The position numbers and the translations under genes are program-made. DNA of 34,099 bases from a virus (Duplodnaviria > Caudoviricetes): positions 1 to 34,099 of the IMG/VR virus record IMGVR_UViG_3300020044_007128; one strand, written 5' to 3'. This document shows, piece by piece, positions 8,148 through 15,666 of this stretch. The number at the start of each line of letters is the position of its first letter. Position 1 is the first letter of the stretch. The notes beneath the pieces were generated by a model that saw only the letters and a program-made list of their open reading frames with translations, was not told the DNA's origin and ran no database searches.

Positions 8148-8351
8148 ATGATCATTCGATTCGGAAGACACAAAGGCACAGGCTTCGGACACATCATCGA
8201 GCGCAAAAGATGCGGACACCCCGCGAGACTTAGAAACCGGCGGCTTAAAGTGCAGCTGATAGAAGGGCGCTGGATCGACGAAAACGGACGTGATGTAAAT
8301 AGTGAAATAACTGACATCTTGATTGCGGGATATATGAAGAGCAGAGCTTAA
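8148..8351 (+). CDS. Hypothetical basic protein
   Basis: GGAG RBS, ATG 8148. Confidence 0.65.
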   Translation: MIIRFGRHKGTGFGHIIERKRCGHPARLRNRRLKVQLIEGRWIDENGRDVNSEITDILIAGYMKSRA

Positions 8352-8390
8352 AATAATTTGTAAATATTCTAAAACAATATAATAAATAGC

Positions 8391-8418
8391 TTGCAAAGGC
8401 GCTCAGTGAGTGTATAGT
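8391..8418 (+). promoter_or_regulatory. Sigma70-like promoter TTGCAA-16-TATAGT with a near-palindromic operator in the spacer
   Basis: CGCTCAGTGAGTG at 8400-8412; AT-rich upstream tract; twin at 12107-12134. Confidence 0.75.
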
Positions 8419-8451
8419 AACAACATCAGACAACGACAGCGGAGAAAGAAA

Positions 8452-8655
8452 ATGACTAAATTATTGGCGGTTTTCAGCAACAAAAAACAACTTGCAGCCT
8501 TTATAGTAAAAGCCAAGGCATGTAGTTTTGATGTGCCTTTCTGCGGCGAATCTGTTGCTACTGTTACATTTACTATATCAGTTAAATCAGCAACTTCATT
8601 CGTTTACTCTTTGGCTGACAGACTTGATGGAACGATTTGTAGCGCCGCGCAATAG
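8452..8655 (+). CDS. Hypothetical protein
   Basis: GGAG RBS, ATG 8452, first gene after the promoter. Confidence 0.65.
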   Translation: MTKLLAVFSNKKQLAAFIVKAKACSFDVPFCGESVATVTFTISVKSATSFVYSLADRLDGTICSAAQ

Positions 8656-8836
8656 ATGGCTTAAAGTAAGGCCATCTGGATGGCTTTGCGACAATGGAGC
8701 TTACATTGCTAGATTTAGATGGGGTTCCAGTATTGTTTATCTGCTTTACAAAGATAAGGCAGAATATGAAAAAGAAGGCGCTGATTATATAACTTTTTAT
8801 AACCTGAAAGATGCAAAAGCAGAGTGCAACAAATGA
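8627..8836 (+). CDS. Hypothetical protein
   Basis: Open frame in the operon; start uncertain. Confidence 0.55.
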   Translation: MERFVAPRNRWLKVRPSGWLCDNGAYIARFRWGSSIVYLLYKDKAEYEKEGADYITFYNLKDAKAECNK

Positions 8837-9009
8837 TCCAAATCAAATACAAAACCAACGCACAAAAGTGCATAGAGGCTAACGCCAAGGCTTACAAGCG
8901 CAAGCCTGTGTTTAAGCGAGCAAGGCAAGTAAAGAAAGAATTATTGGCAATTGCTGAAATGATTGAACGCAACGCGGTTTTCAGCGATATTGATTTTAAG
9001 ATGTTTTAA
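8824..9009 (+). CDS. Hypothetical basic protein
   Basis: Overlaps the previous stop; start may be ATG 8833. Confidence 0.6.
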   Translation: MQQMIQIKYKTNAQKCIEANAKAYKRKPVFKRARQVKKELLAIAEMIERNAVFSDIDFKMF

Positions 9010-9033
9010 CCAACCAACGACGAGGATAGAGAT

Positions 9034-9381
9034 ATGTTGATATTTGTTATTTATTTGATTTCGGTGATTGATGCAATTCTTGGTGCTGCCATACTTGGAA
9101 TTTTTTTTACTGCTGCTTCTGCAATTCTTGCAATTCCAGTGCTTGATCTTGATGGCAAGGAGGAGATTGCATCTTGCTTAAAGAAATTCATCAAGCCCCT
9201 AGTTTTTCTTTCTCTTATTGTGGTTTTTGTTCCATCCAAGCAAACCGCTTATGCAATGCTTGCAGCTTATGGGCTTCAGGAGATATCACAAACAGAAGAA
9301 GCCAAAAGAATAGGATCAAAATCTGTTCAGGTTATAGAGAAGGCGCTTGATGAATATCTGAAGGAGGATAAGACCGAGTAG
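9034..9381 (+). CDS. Phage membrane protein (2-3 TM)
   Basis: GAGG RBS; hydrophobic segments; VPSKQTAYAMLAA motif recalled from phage membrane proteins. Confidence 0.75.
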   Translation: MLIFVIYLISVIDAILGAAILGIFFTAASAILAIPVLDLDGKEEIASCLKKFIKPLVFLSLIVVFVPSKQTAYAMLAAYGLQEISQTEEAKRIGSKSVQVIEKALDEYLKEDKTE

Positions 9382-9388
9382 CTTTACC

Positions 9389-9750
9389 GGAGATTAGCAA
9401 TAGTCTCCACCCTGAATGGCTCTTGCATGGTGAAAACCTAAAAGGGCGTCTACCGCAAAGTATTGTTGCCCGGCCTGTAAGGGTGCAGATCGAGACAGGG
9501 CAGCCTAGATGATGGCCATACTTGAGCCTGAAGTTTTCTAGTTGAGATTGGCTGGCCTGCGGATGCAAGAGCCATTCAGGGTGTGAAATGCAAACATAAG
9601 TGTACTACAGTCGTCCCCGTAATTCTGTCGGTCTAGAACCGTGTTGGGCTAGCGACCAGCTAAGCGATAGGTAGTTACCGAGGGGCATTAGTTTGCATGA
9701 TCGTCAGCCTAGCCGGTCGGGCTAAAAGACCGTATTTTCAGCAGGCGGGA
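9389..9750 (+). ncRNA. Putative structured non-coding RNA cluster
   Basis: Perfect 21-bp inverted repeat 9408-9428/9563-9583; second closing stem 9588-9595/9691-9698; GNRA hairpins 9389-9408 (GCAA) and 9429-9438 (GAAA); no sense-strand ORF. Confidence 0.7.
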
Positions 9751-9764
9751 TAAACTATTTAATA

Positions 9765-9965
9765 TTGAAAGGTGACTTTAGAAAACAATCTGAAAAATTA
9801 AAATCATTTGATGAAATGATAGAATTGTTTTTAGAAAATATGGATAAAGTAAGTAAGTTTTCCGAATTTACCGATGACGGTGTAACTATTATTAATACTA
9901 AACTGGCTTCTGTTGGTTCAAGTATTAGAGTTATTAAATCTAAAACTGTTTTTAGAGGAAGGTGA
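9765..9965 (+). CDS. AT-rich hypothetical protein
   Basis: TTG start, weak RBS, visibly AT-rich. Confidence 0.45.
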   Translation: MKGDFRKQSEKLKSFDEMIELFLENMDKVSKFSEFTDDGVTIINTKLASVGSSIRVIKSKTVFRGR

Positions 9966-9969
9966 TGAG

Positions 9970-10170
9970 ATGAAGATCGGACACACAACAAAGTTTATTT
10001 TTGATAACGGCACTTTCTTTGCTGCCCACCTTGATAACGGGAAAGTCCGCTTGGGAATGAACGACATCAAAGCTTTTGACCTGCCTGTCGGCCACCCACA
10101 CTACGAGGCGGCAGTCAATGCCAACACCGCGGAGGCTGTAGAGGCTGTTTTTGACGACTTACACGACTGA
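9970..10170 (+). CDS. Hypothetical protein
   Basis: ATG 9970 after AGGTG; GC-richer than its neighbours. Confidence 0.7.
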   Translation: MKIGHTTKFIFDNGTFFAAHLDNGKVRLGMNDIKAFDLPVGHPHYEAAVNANTAEAVEAVFDDLHD

Positions 10171-10186
10171 AATAGGAATTTTAATT

Positions 10187-10383
10187 ATGAAAAAATCACA
10201 ACTAGAAGCTATTGCGGAAATACAAAAAATTTATAAAAAGCATTGTGAAACCTTCGGAGTGGTGTGGTGAGATAGTGAAAATAATAGGTGTGGTAAGGTA
10301 TCTGCCGAACACATTCTTGATTTATAGACGAGCCGCATAAAACTGAATTTTTTATTGATTATAAATGGGAGTTTGAATTATGA
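10187..10383 (+). pseudogene. Probably degraded small gene
   Basis: AGGA RBS plus ATG 10187 stops at 10270; protein-like fragments continue to a TGA overlapping ATG 10380. Confidence 0.35.
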
Positions 10384-10598
10384 CGAACAGATTACATATA
10401 GGCGACACCATACTCGTGACAAAACAATTTAACTTGAACGGAAAGGTTGTAGCGTGCGGAAGCTACCGCATAAAGGCGGTAGGCAATTTAGAATTGTTCT
10501 GGCGAAATCACTTTTATCGTACAGGAATTGAATTGTTTGGTAAGCATTTTGAAACTTACCCCGAAGTACTTTGTGGCGAATTGGGACATTTAAATTAG
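10380..10598 (+). CDS. Hypothetical protein
   Basis: GGGAG RBS, 72 aa. Confidence 0.65.
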   Translation: MTNRLHIGDTILVTKQFNLNGKVVACGSYRIKAVGNLELFWRNHFYRTGIELFGKHFETYPEVLCGELGHLN

Positions 10599-10616
10599 AC
10601 GGAATCGAGATAGTGA

Positions 10617-10694
10617 AAATATATAGCTAACTGGTAGTGCGCTAGGGTTGTCTAACCCTTGAGATGCAAGTTCGAATCTTGCTATATCCCCTCA
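10617..10694 (+). tRNA. Degenerate tRNA / tRNA-like element, identity unassignable
   Basis: Perfect T-arm GCAAG-TTCGAAT-CTTGC, D-arm-like TAGCTAACTGGTAG, 5 of 7 acceptor pairs, irregular anticodon arm AGGG-TTGTCTAA-CCCT, no encoded CCA. Confidence 0.6.
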
Positions 10695-10712
10695 ATTACA
10701 ACCGGAGAAATT

Positions 10713-10913
10713 ATGAGAATTGAATATTTTGTTTCGTATGCTCATGAGCGCGGATTTGGCAATATGCAAATATTTAGCAAAAAATTACTAAAATTTAAGG
10801 ATTTAAAAGAAACTCAGAAAATAATCGATGACACAGGCGTTACGAATTCGGTTGTTATTAGCTATAAGATAATCGGGTTTAGCTTTTTTAAAAGTGTTGA
10901 CAGCGAGGCATAA
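10713..10913 (+). CDS. Hypothetical protein
   Basis: ACAACCGGAGA RBS motif, ATG 10713. Confidence 0.7.
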   Translation: MRIEYFVSYAHERGFGNMQIFSKKLLKFKDLKETQKIIDDTGVTNSVVISYKIIGFSFFKSVDSEA

Positions 10914-11189
10914 ATGGATATCTCAGAATTAAAAAATGATCTAAAAAAACAGCTGAATGAAGCTGCGGAATACAATTTAGAGCACATCGAAATTTCATTT
11001 GATGAACTTGAACTTATTGTTGAGCGGCTTAGTGAATTTGAAGCCGTCTCTAATGATTTGAAAAATGCCGAGTTTAAAATTATGCAATTTCACGCATCCG
11101 TTGCATCCGACGCTTGGGCAATTACATTCCAGACCATGGGTCAATACAGAAGCGCACTATTAAAAATCCTGAACAACAAAGAGGCATAA
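10914..11189 (+). CDS. Hypothetical coiled-coil phage protein
   Basis: GAGG RBS; C-terminal AITFQTMGQYRSALLK motif. Confidence 0.75.
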   Translation: MDISELKNDLKKQLNEAAEYNLEHIEISFDELELIVERLSEFEAVSNDLKNAEFKIMQFHASVASDAWAITFQTMGQYRSALLKILNNKEA

Positions 11190-11552
11190 ATGATTAACCT
11201 GAAGCTACCAACACCAAAACAGATTAAGAAAGCTCGCGAGAATGCAAAGCTGACACAACTTGCCGCTGCTGAGCTGGTCGGCATGAGTCACAAGACTTGG
11301 CAAAACTGGGAGTCTGAAACCAGCGAACATAGGCAGATGGGCTTGTGGCACTGGAAAATGTTCCTCGATAAAACTGATCAGCTTAGTCTGTACACAAAGG
11401 GCGAGAAATTTGGCATGCAGGGATCCAGCATTAAAAGCCTTGCCGATGCAATCGAAGGGCTGAAAATGAAGTCATCAGACCGATTTGATGCTGGCGTTAA
11501 TGCTGCATGTGATGAAATTCTAAAAATGATCAATGACAGGTGGAAGCTATGA
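11190..11552 (+). CDS. XRE-family HTH regulator with C-terminal extension
   Basis: IKKARENAKLTQLAAAELVGMSHKTWQNWE. Confidence 0.85.
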   Translation: MINLKLPTPKQIKKARENAKLTQLAAAELVGMSHKTWQNWESETSEHRQMGLWHWKMFLDKTDQLSLYTKGEKFGMQGSSIKSLADAIEGLKMKSSDRFDAGVNAACDEILKMINDRWKL

Positions 11553-11839
11553 TGAGCGATGAAATAGAAAAGCTTGTCTACACAAACAAATTGCTTGCTG
11601 AAGCATGCAAAAGTCACAGAAATCGAATAGCCGATCTTAAGGAGATATTAATGACTGCAGCAGTGCTTGTATTGACACGACGAAATAATGTGAGCACCGA
11701 AGCTGGCGTCTTTGCAACAGTTGAGGCGCATTCGCTTCTGATGCTGGACACTATGCTTGCTGAGTATTTTGATCTTGATTCCGCAGAAGTAACATTTGAA
11801 AACATTGACGATCTTATGTCTAAGATACGAGGGCTATAG
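11540..11839 (+). CDS. Hypothetical protein
   Basis: Open frame; probable start ATG 11549 or 11552. Confidence 0.65.
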   Translation: MEAMMSDEIEKLVYTNKLLAEACKSHRNRIADLKEILMTAAVLVLTRRNNVSTEAGVFATVEAHSLLMLDTMLAEYFDLDSAEVTFENIDDLMSKIRGL

Positions 11840-11841
11840 CA

Positions 11842-12084
11842 ATGGCTGGCATTAACAGCATTATTGAAATGATTGAGAAAAACAGAAATTGTGTTGCTTT
11901 TGAATCTCATAAGTATGAAAGAGGCTATAACGAAGCCTGCGACGACATAATCGAGCAGCTGCGCAAGATGGAAGATAAAGAGCCAGAGCTAAGGCGATGC
12001 CTTAAAAGCCTGGTCGAAGTAACCAAGCATCTTAATCTGTGCCCAGGTGTAATGTCCGAATGTGAAGACATACTAAAACAATAA
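11842..12084 (+). CDS. Hypothetical protein
   Basis: GAGG RBS; GYNEAC motif. Confidence 0.7.
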   Translation: MAGINSIIEMIEKNRNCVAFESHKYERGYNEACDDIIEQLRKMEDKEPELRRCLKSLVEVTKHLNLCPGVMSECEDILKQ

Positions 12085-12106
12085 CAAATCTTTACACTAA
12101 ATCTTC

Positions 12107-12134
12107 TTGCAAATACGCTCACTGAGCGTATACT
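12107..12134 (+). promoter_or_regulatory. Sigma70-like promoter TTGCAA-16-TATACT with a perfect 19-bp palindromic operator
   Basis: ATACGCTCA-C-TGAGCGTAT at 12113-12131. Confidence 0.8.
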
Positions 12135-12179
12135 AATCACACACAGAGCAATAACGCACTGGCAACCGGAGAAGAGAAA

Positions 12180-12404
12180 ATGTTAAATATCAAAGAAAAA
12201 TTAGCTCCGCTTGGTGCGACCCATATCTCACAGCATGGAACCTTTATAAAGGATATTGGCGAAACTTTTCCATGCAGCCCAAATTATCCATGGCTAGGCA
12301 ATGAGCAAACCGAGGTTTATTGGGAGTGGTGCGACAAGAATCGGATTTGGGATATTCGTTTTGGTCGTCATTTATCTAAAATTTCATTAACAGAGGACAA
12401 ATAA
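12180..12404 (+). CDS. Hypothetical protein
   Basis: CAACCGGAGA RBS; first gene after the promoter. Confidence 0.7.
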   Translation: MLNIKEKLAPLGATHISQHGTFIKDIGETFPCSPNYPWLGNEQTEVYWEWCDKNRIWDIRFGRHLSKISLTEDK

Positions 12405-12405
12405 A

Positions 12406-12651
12406 ATGACAAAGCGAACCGTTAAATCAAGAAAGACCACTGCAATGCACCCAGAGACTGGAGAAATCAGGAAGTTGATTGTGCATAGTGATGGAACCAA
12501 ACATTTTGATCTTGGCTGTGCATCTGTGCCAGTCAAGGACGAAAGATGGATAGAAGAGTCAAGCGGCAGCATGTTTCAGTTTTGGTGCACGTTTGCCGCA
12601 TTTATGATTGTGATTGTTGTGCTCACCGCCTTGGAGGTTTACGCATCATGA
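12406..12651 (+). CDS. Small protein with C-terminal TM helix
   Basis: GAGG RBS; FAAFMIVIVVLTAL. Confidence 0.7.
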   Translation: MTKRTVKSRKTTAMHPETGEIRKLIVHSDGTKHFDLGCASVPVKDERWIEESSGSMFQFWCTFAAFMIVIVVLTALEVYAS

Positions 12652-12911
12652 ATTTTGCTGACGAAGAGATCGCAAGAATTGAAAAAGCCACTGCTAAAAA
12701 AATAATCGCTATCAAAGGCTTAAAGGTTGACGCAGAAGATATCAACGGCGTAACGGTTAAGGCCTATCTTTACGAAGGTCATTTGTTTGACATGGATTGC
12801 GAACCGCTGCACGGCTACGAAGAAAAAAAGGATTGGTCATGGGTTTTATTTGTTAGTGCGTGCATATCGTTTTATCTATTTTATTTATTAATCACAGGTG
12901 TTAAATCATGA
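12648..12911 (+). CDS. Small protein with C-terminal TM helix
   Basis: GGAGG RBS, ATG 12648; WVLFVSACISFYLFYLLIT. Confidence 0.7.
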   Translation: MNFADEEIARIEKATAKKIIAIKGLKVDAEDINGVTVKAYLYEGHLFDMDCEPLHGYEEKKDWSWVLFVSACISFYLFYLLITGVKS

Positions 12912-13129
12912 ACAACGACAAAACATACAAAATCAGGGTATCGATGGTATGCAGAGACGGCAGTATTGCCTCTGCTGATCTGGAAGTTGATGCAAAAAAC
13001 GAGGCAATGGCCAAGCTTGAAATGCAGGATAGATACCCTCTGAGCAAGATTGAATACCTAGGGGAAATGGTTGAGGTGCAAGACGAGCCTAAGCTTTCTT
13101 GCTTACTAAGAAGGGCGCTTGCATCATGA
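12908..13129 (+). CDS. Hypothetical protein
   Basis: ATGA overlaps at both ends. Confidence 0.7.
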   Translation: MNNDKTYKIRVSMVCRDGSIASADLEVDAKNEAMAKLEMQDRYPLSKIEYLGEMVEVQDEPKLSCLLRRALAS

Positions 13130-13470
13130 AAACGAATCAATACAACGAGCCTGATGTGATATTTCTTCAACTGCACGATCCAACCGACGAAGGCAAAACA
13201 GAGCTTGCAGATCCAAAAGCTGACGGGGTGACATGGTGTTGGGAGCAGATACATCATAACGATGTCGAATACATCCGCAAGGACTTATACGACGAACTCA
13301 AAACCCAGATCACAGCCTATCAGCTTACTATTGAAAATATGGAAAGCGCGCGGAAGATACCTAAAGAAGTTTCGCATCATGACGCATTGCATTATGGCGA
13401 AACAGATTGGTGCCGAGGTTATAACGCCTGCATTCGTGACATGCTATCAGCAAGAAAAGGTGAATCATGA
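13126..13470 (+). CDS. Hypothetical phage protein
   Basis: ATG 13126; PDVIFLQ...GVTWCWEQI...DVEYIRKD and GYNAC motifs. Confidence 0.75.
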   Translation: MKTNQYNEPDVIFLQLHDPTDEGKTELADPKADGVTWCWEQIHHNDVEYIRKDLYDELKTQITAYQLTIENMESARKIPKEVSHHDALHYGETDWCRGYNACIRDMLSARKGES

Positions 13471-13724
13471 ATCTATCAGCACTATCACCCGAAGCCGTCT
13501 CTCTCTACAAAAAAGAGCTGATGATGGCTTACAAAAGGTTAGCGTTTGAAATGCTTATTGCTGTACTTTTGCTTGTTGCGATTGCGGTTATAAATCACTG
13601 GGTTTTGTTTCCGATTACTGCGCTGATGGCAATTAAAATCTGGTTTTCGTGGGACAGCCTGGACTTGCTGAAAAAAGGAAAAATAACTTATCTAAAATTT
13701 GAAGAGTGGGAGAATTTACAATGA
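13467..13724 (+). CDS. Small membrane protein (2 TM)
   Basis: Hydrophobic core; coupled start and stop. Confidence 0.7.
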   Translation: MNLSALSPEAVSLYKKELMMAYKRLAFEMLIAVLLLVAIAVINHWVLFPITALMAIKIWFSWDSLDLLKKGKITYLKFEEWENLQ

Positions 13725-14242
13725 AAGTAGGTGATGAGGTATATCTAAAACACAATCCTTCAATGAAGGGGGTAATCCATTCCGGCTCAGGGCATCTAAT
13801 ATGTGTTGATTGGGCGAATGGTGTATCTGACACTCATTGGGGCTCGTCATTAATCCTTGCATCGGAATACGAAAACCTGAAAGAGCCAAAAGGCCACCCA
13901 AACGCCAGCATACTCATGGAGATAGCAAAAGAAGCGGCTGTTAATCCGGAATACTGGAAAGAGTTTCAATGGTATCATGATATCGACAAAATTTGGCATT
14001 CGTGTAACACAGAAGAGTCACTATTAATTGCTGTTTATGAAGTGCGCGAATTTCCCAACCAAATAGTTCGCCGCAAGCCCCGCACAATCCGCATAGGAAA
14101 CTATGATGTGCCTGAGCGAGAGAATAGAAATATTTGGATTGATAGCAATCACAAGAACATTGTTAATGTTGCCTGCGATGATACAGGGCAAGCCGAGCTA
14201 ATGCTAAAAGCACTTCAGGAGTTGCTGGGAGCGAAGAAATGA
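13721..14242 (+). CDS. Hypothetical modular phage protein
   Basis: GGGAG RBS, ATG 13721; RRKPRTIRIGNYDVPE motif. Confidence 0.7.
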   Translation: MKVGDEVYLKHNPSMKGVIHSGSGHLICVDWANGVSDTHWGSSLILASEYENLKEPKGHPNASILMEIAKEAAVNPEYWKEFQWYHDIDKIWHSCNTEESLLIAVYEVREFPNQIVRRKPRTIRIGNYDVPERENRNIWIDSNHKNIVNVACDDTGQAELMLKALQELLGAKK

Positions 14243-14311
14243 ATTTAAGCAAAGGCGAGTTTATCACCGAAGATGAGGGTGATAGTTTTATTTAATTAAT
14301 GAGGCGATAAG

Positions 14312-14500
14312 GTGAATATTTCAGTCAGGCAAGAAAAAGACGGCTGCTGGTATGTCGTAGATGAAAAAGGTGAGCGTTATCCTCAATGCGGCAGGTGGTC
14401 AACCGAAGAGCTTGCAAAAGAACAAGCAGCTTCGTTTTTGCGCAAACATGGATATTCAGCTGATCTAACGAACAGCATCGATCAAAGCATTAAGCTGTAA
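14312..14500 (+). CDS. Hypothetical protein
   Basis: GAGG RBS, GTG start. Confidence 0.6.
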   Translation: MNISVRQEKDGCWYVVDEKGERYPQCGRWSTEELAKEQAASFLRKHGYSADLTNSIDQSIKL

Positions 14501-14597
14501 CGTAATCCGATAAAAAAGGTAAAATATATATCATCTTGAGGATAGGCGGTCGGCACCCAAGAACGGGTTTAATTTAATCAACTAAGAGGCTTTAAAT

Positions 14598-14861
14598 ATG
14601 GACAAAGAAAATTTGAGTTTTGGCAATGCGGTAGAAAAAATGAAACTTGGCGATAAAGTTGCCCGTAAAGGCTGGAACGGAAAAGGGATGTTTCTCTTTC
14701 TGATTTGCGGCAACGCATGGGAATTCACTACTGATGTTTCAGGTGTTGATGAAATTGATACGCTGCCATTTATTTGCATGAAGACAGTCGACAATAAACT
14801 TGTTCCTTGGCTGGCTAGCCAGACTGACATTTTGTCAAATGATTGGTGTGTGATCGATTAA
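14598..14861 (+). CDS. tad2: DUF2829 / Tad2-family anti-defence nucleotide sponge
   Basis: SFGNAVEKMKLGDKVARKGWNGKGMFL...PFICMKTVDNKLVPWLASQTDILSNDW, the DUF2829 signature. Confidence 0.85.
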   Translation: MDKENLSFGNAVEKMKLGDKVARKGWNGKGMFLFLICGNAWEFTTDVSGVDEIDTLPFICMKTVDNKLVPWLASQTDILSNDWCVID

Positions 14862-14868
14862 CAAATAA

Positions 14869-15408
14869 TCACTTAACCGCATCAATCAAGGCATTCAACT
14901 GTAAAGTAATCTCGTCACATCGAGCCGTTATTCTGACAAGATCTCTTGCAATTTCTGAGTCGAGTTCGGCTCGTGTTTCTGTAGTAACTGCGCCGGAATT
15001 ATCGGTTTTACTGGTTTGCACACAGGCTTTGACTTTTGGCTTGAGCACGCAGTCACCAGACTTAAGGCAAGCGTTAAGCTGATCAATTTTAGTTTGCGCA
15101 TGTTTAAGATTCTCCAGGTATGCAATATTTGATTTTTCGATGTGCTCGTTTAATTCTGCAATTCTGATTGATGCTTGGCGCTCGCTTTCTATCATTGATT
15201 GCTCGCGATCAAGAATTTCTTCCGAGTGCTGCAGTTTTAACTGTGCAATCTTTCGATCAGATGACAGCTTGTTAAATCCTATTCCGGCACCAAAGCAAGT
15301 CGTACAGATAACAGCAATGACAGCCGCATAGGCGTAGGCTTTGTATTTACTCAGAACTTGAGATATATCTGATAAGGTTGCTTTTGGAAGACTGATTACA
15401 TTACTCAT
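14869..15408 (-). CDS. Rz: Inner-membrane spanin (Rz-like)
   Basis: N-terminal TM, coiled coil, RAELD...CDEITLQLNAL C-terminus; contains an embedded lipoprotein gene. Confidence 0.8.
   Translation of the reverse strand: MSNVISLPKATLSDISQVLSKYKAYAYAAVIAVICTTCFGAGIGFNKLSSDRKIAQLKLQHSEEILDREQSMIESERQASIRIAELNEHIEKSNIAYLENLKHAQTKIDQLNACLKSGDCVLKPKVKACVQTSKTDNSGAVTTETRAELDSEIARDLVRITARCDEITLQLNALIDAVK
14928..15101 (-). CDS. Rz1: Outer-membrane spanin lipoprotein (Rz1-like), embedded in Rz
   Basis: MRKLKLISLTLALSLVTAC lipobox followed by a Pro-rich segment; alternate frame inside Rz. Confidence 0.8.
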   Translation of the reverse strand: MRKLKLISLTLALSLVTACSSQKSKPVCKPVKPIIPAQLLQKHEPNSTQKLQEILSE

Positions 15409-15655
15409 CTTTTTTCGCCTCTTTGCCTTTGGTTGTCATCCACGATTTATCCCATATTGCATGACCGGTTGCAAACGCCAAATATATGACCCACAAGTCC
15501 CAATTAAATTCATCTTCGGTTATGTTCCAGTAGACAAAAAATATTGCCGCTAGAAAGTGAGCGGTACATGCTGCAAGGCGTGACATTGAGATATGTCCGT
15601 CTACGTGTGAACAGACCAAAGAGCCAAGCATTTTTGTTAGCAGTTTGCTTAACAT
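15401..15655 (-). CDS. Holin-like 2-TM protein
   Basis: GAGG RBS; DGHISMSRL then two TM segments and a charged tail; between endolysin and spanin. Confidence 0.6.
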   Translation of the reverse strand: MLSKLLTKMLGSLVCSHVDGHISMSRLAACTAHFLAAIFFVYWNITEDEFNWDLWVIYLAFATGHAIWDKSWMTTKGKEAKKDE

Positions 15656-15666
15656 GGTTTACCTCA

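Noticed and set aside
9332-9568. 78-aa minus-strand ORF over the RNA block
   Set aside because: Opposite to the operon direction and not protein-like; the RNA structure explains the region better.
9408-9583. Retron msr-msd, suggested by the flanking inverted repeat
   Set aside because: No reverse transcriptase in the window and no long msd-type hairpin; kept only as a generic structured RNA.
10187-10330. Stop-codon reassignment, suggested by an in-frame TGA plus a nearby odd tRNA
   Set aside because: Long conserved genes are intact in the standard code and TGA, TAG and TAA all terminate genes normally.
14239-14295. 18-aa ORF MNLSKGEFITEDEGDSFI coupled to the upstream stop
   Set aside because: Too short to support; probably a truncated gene start.
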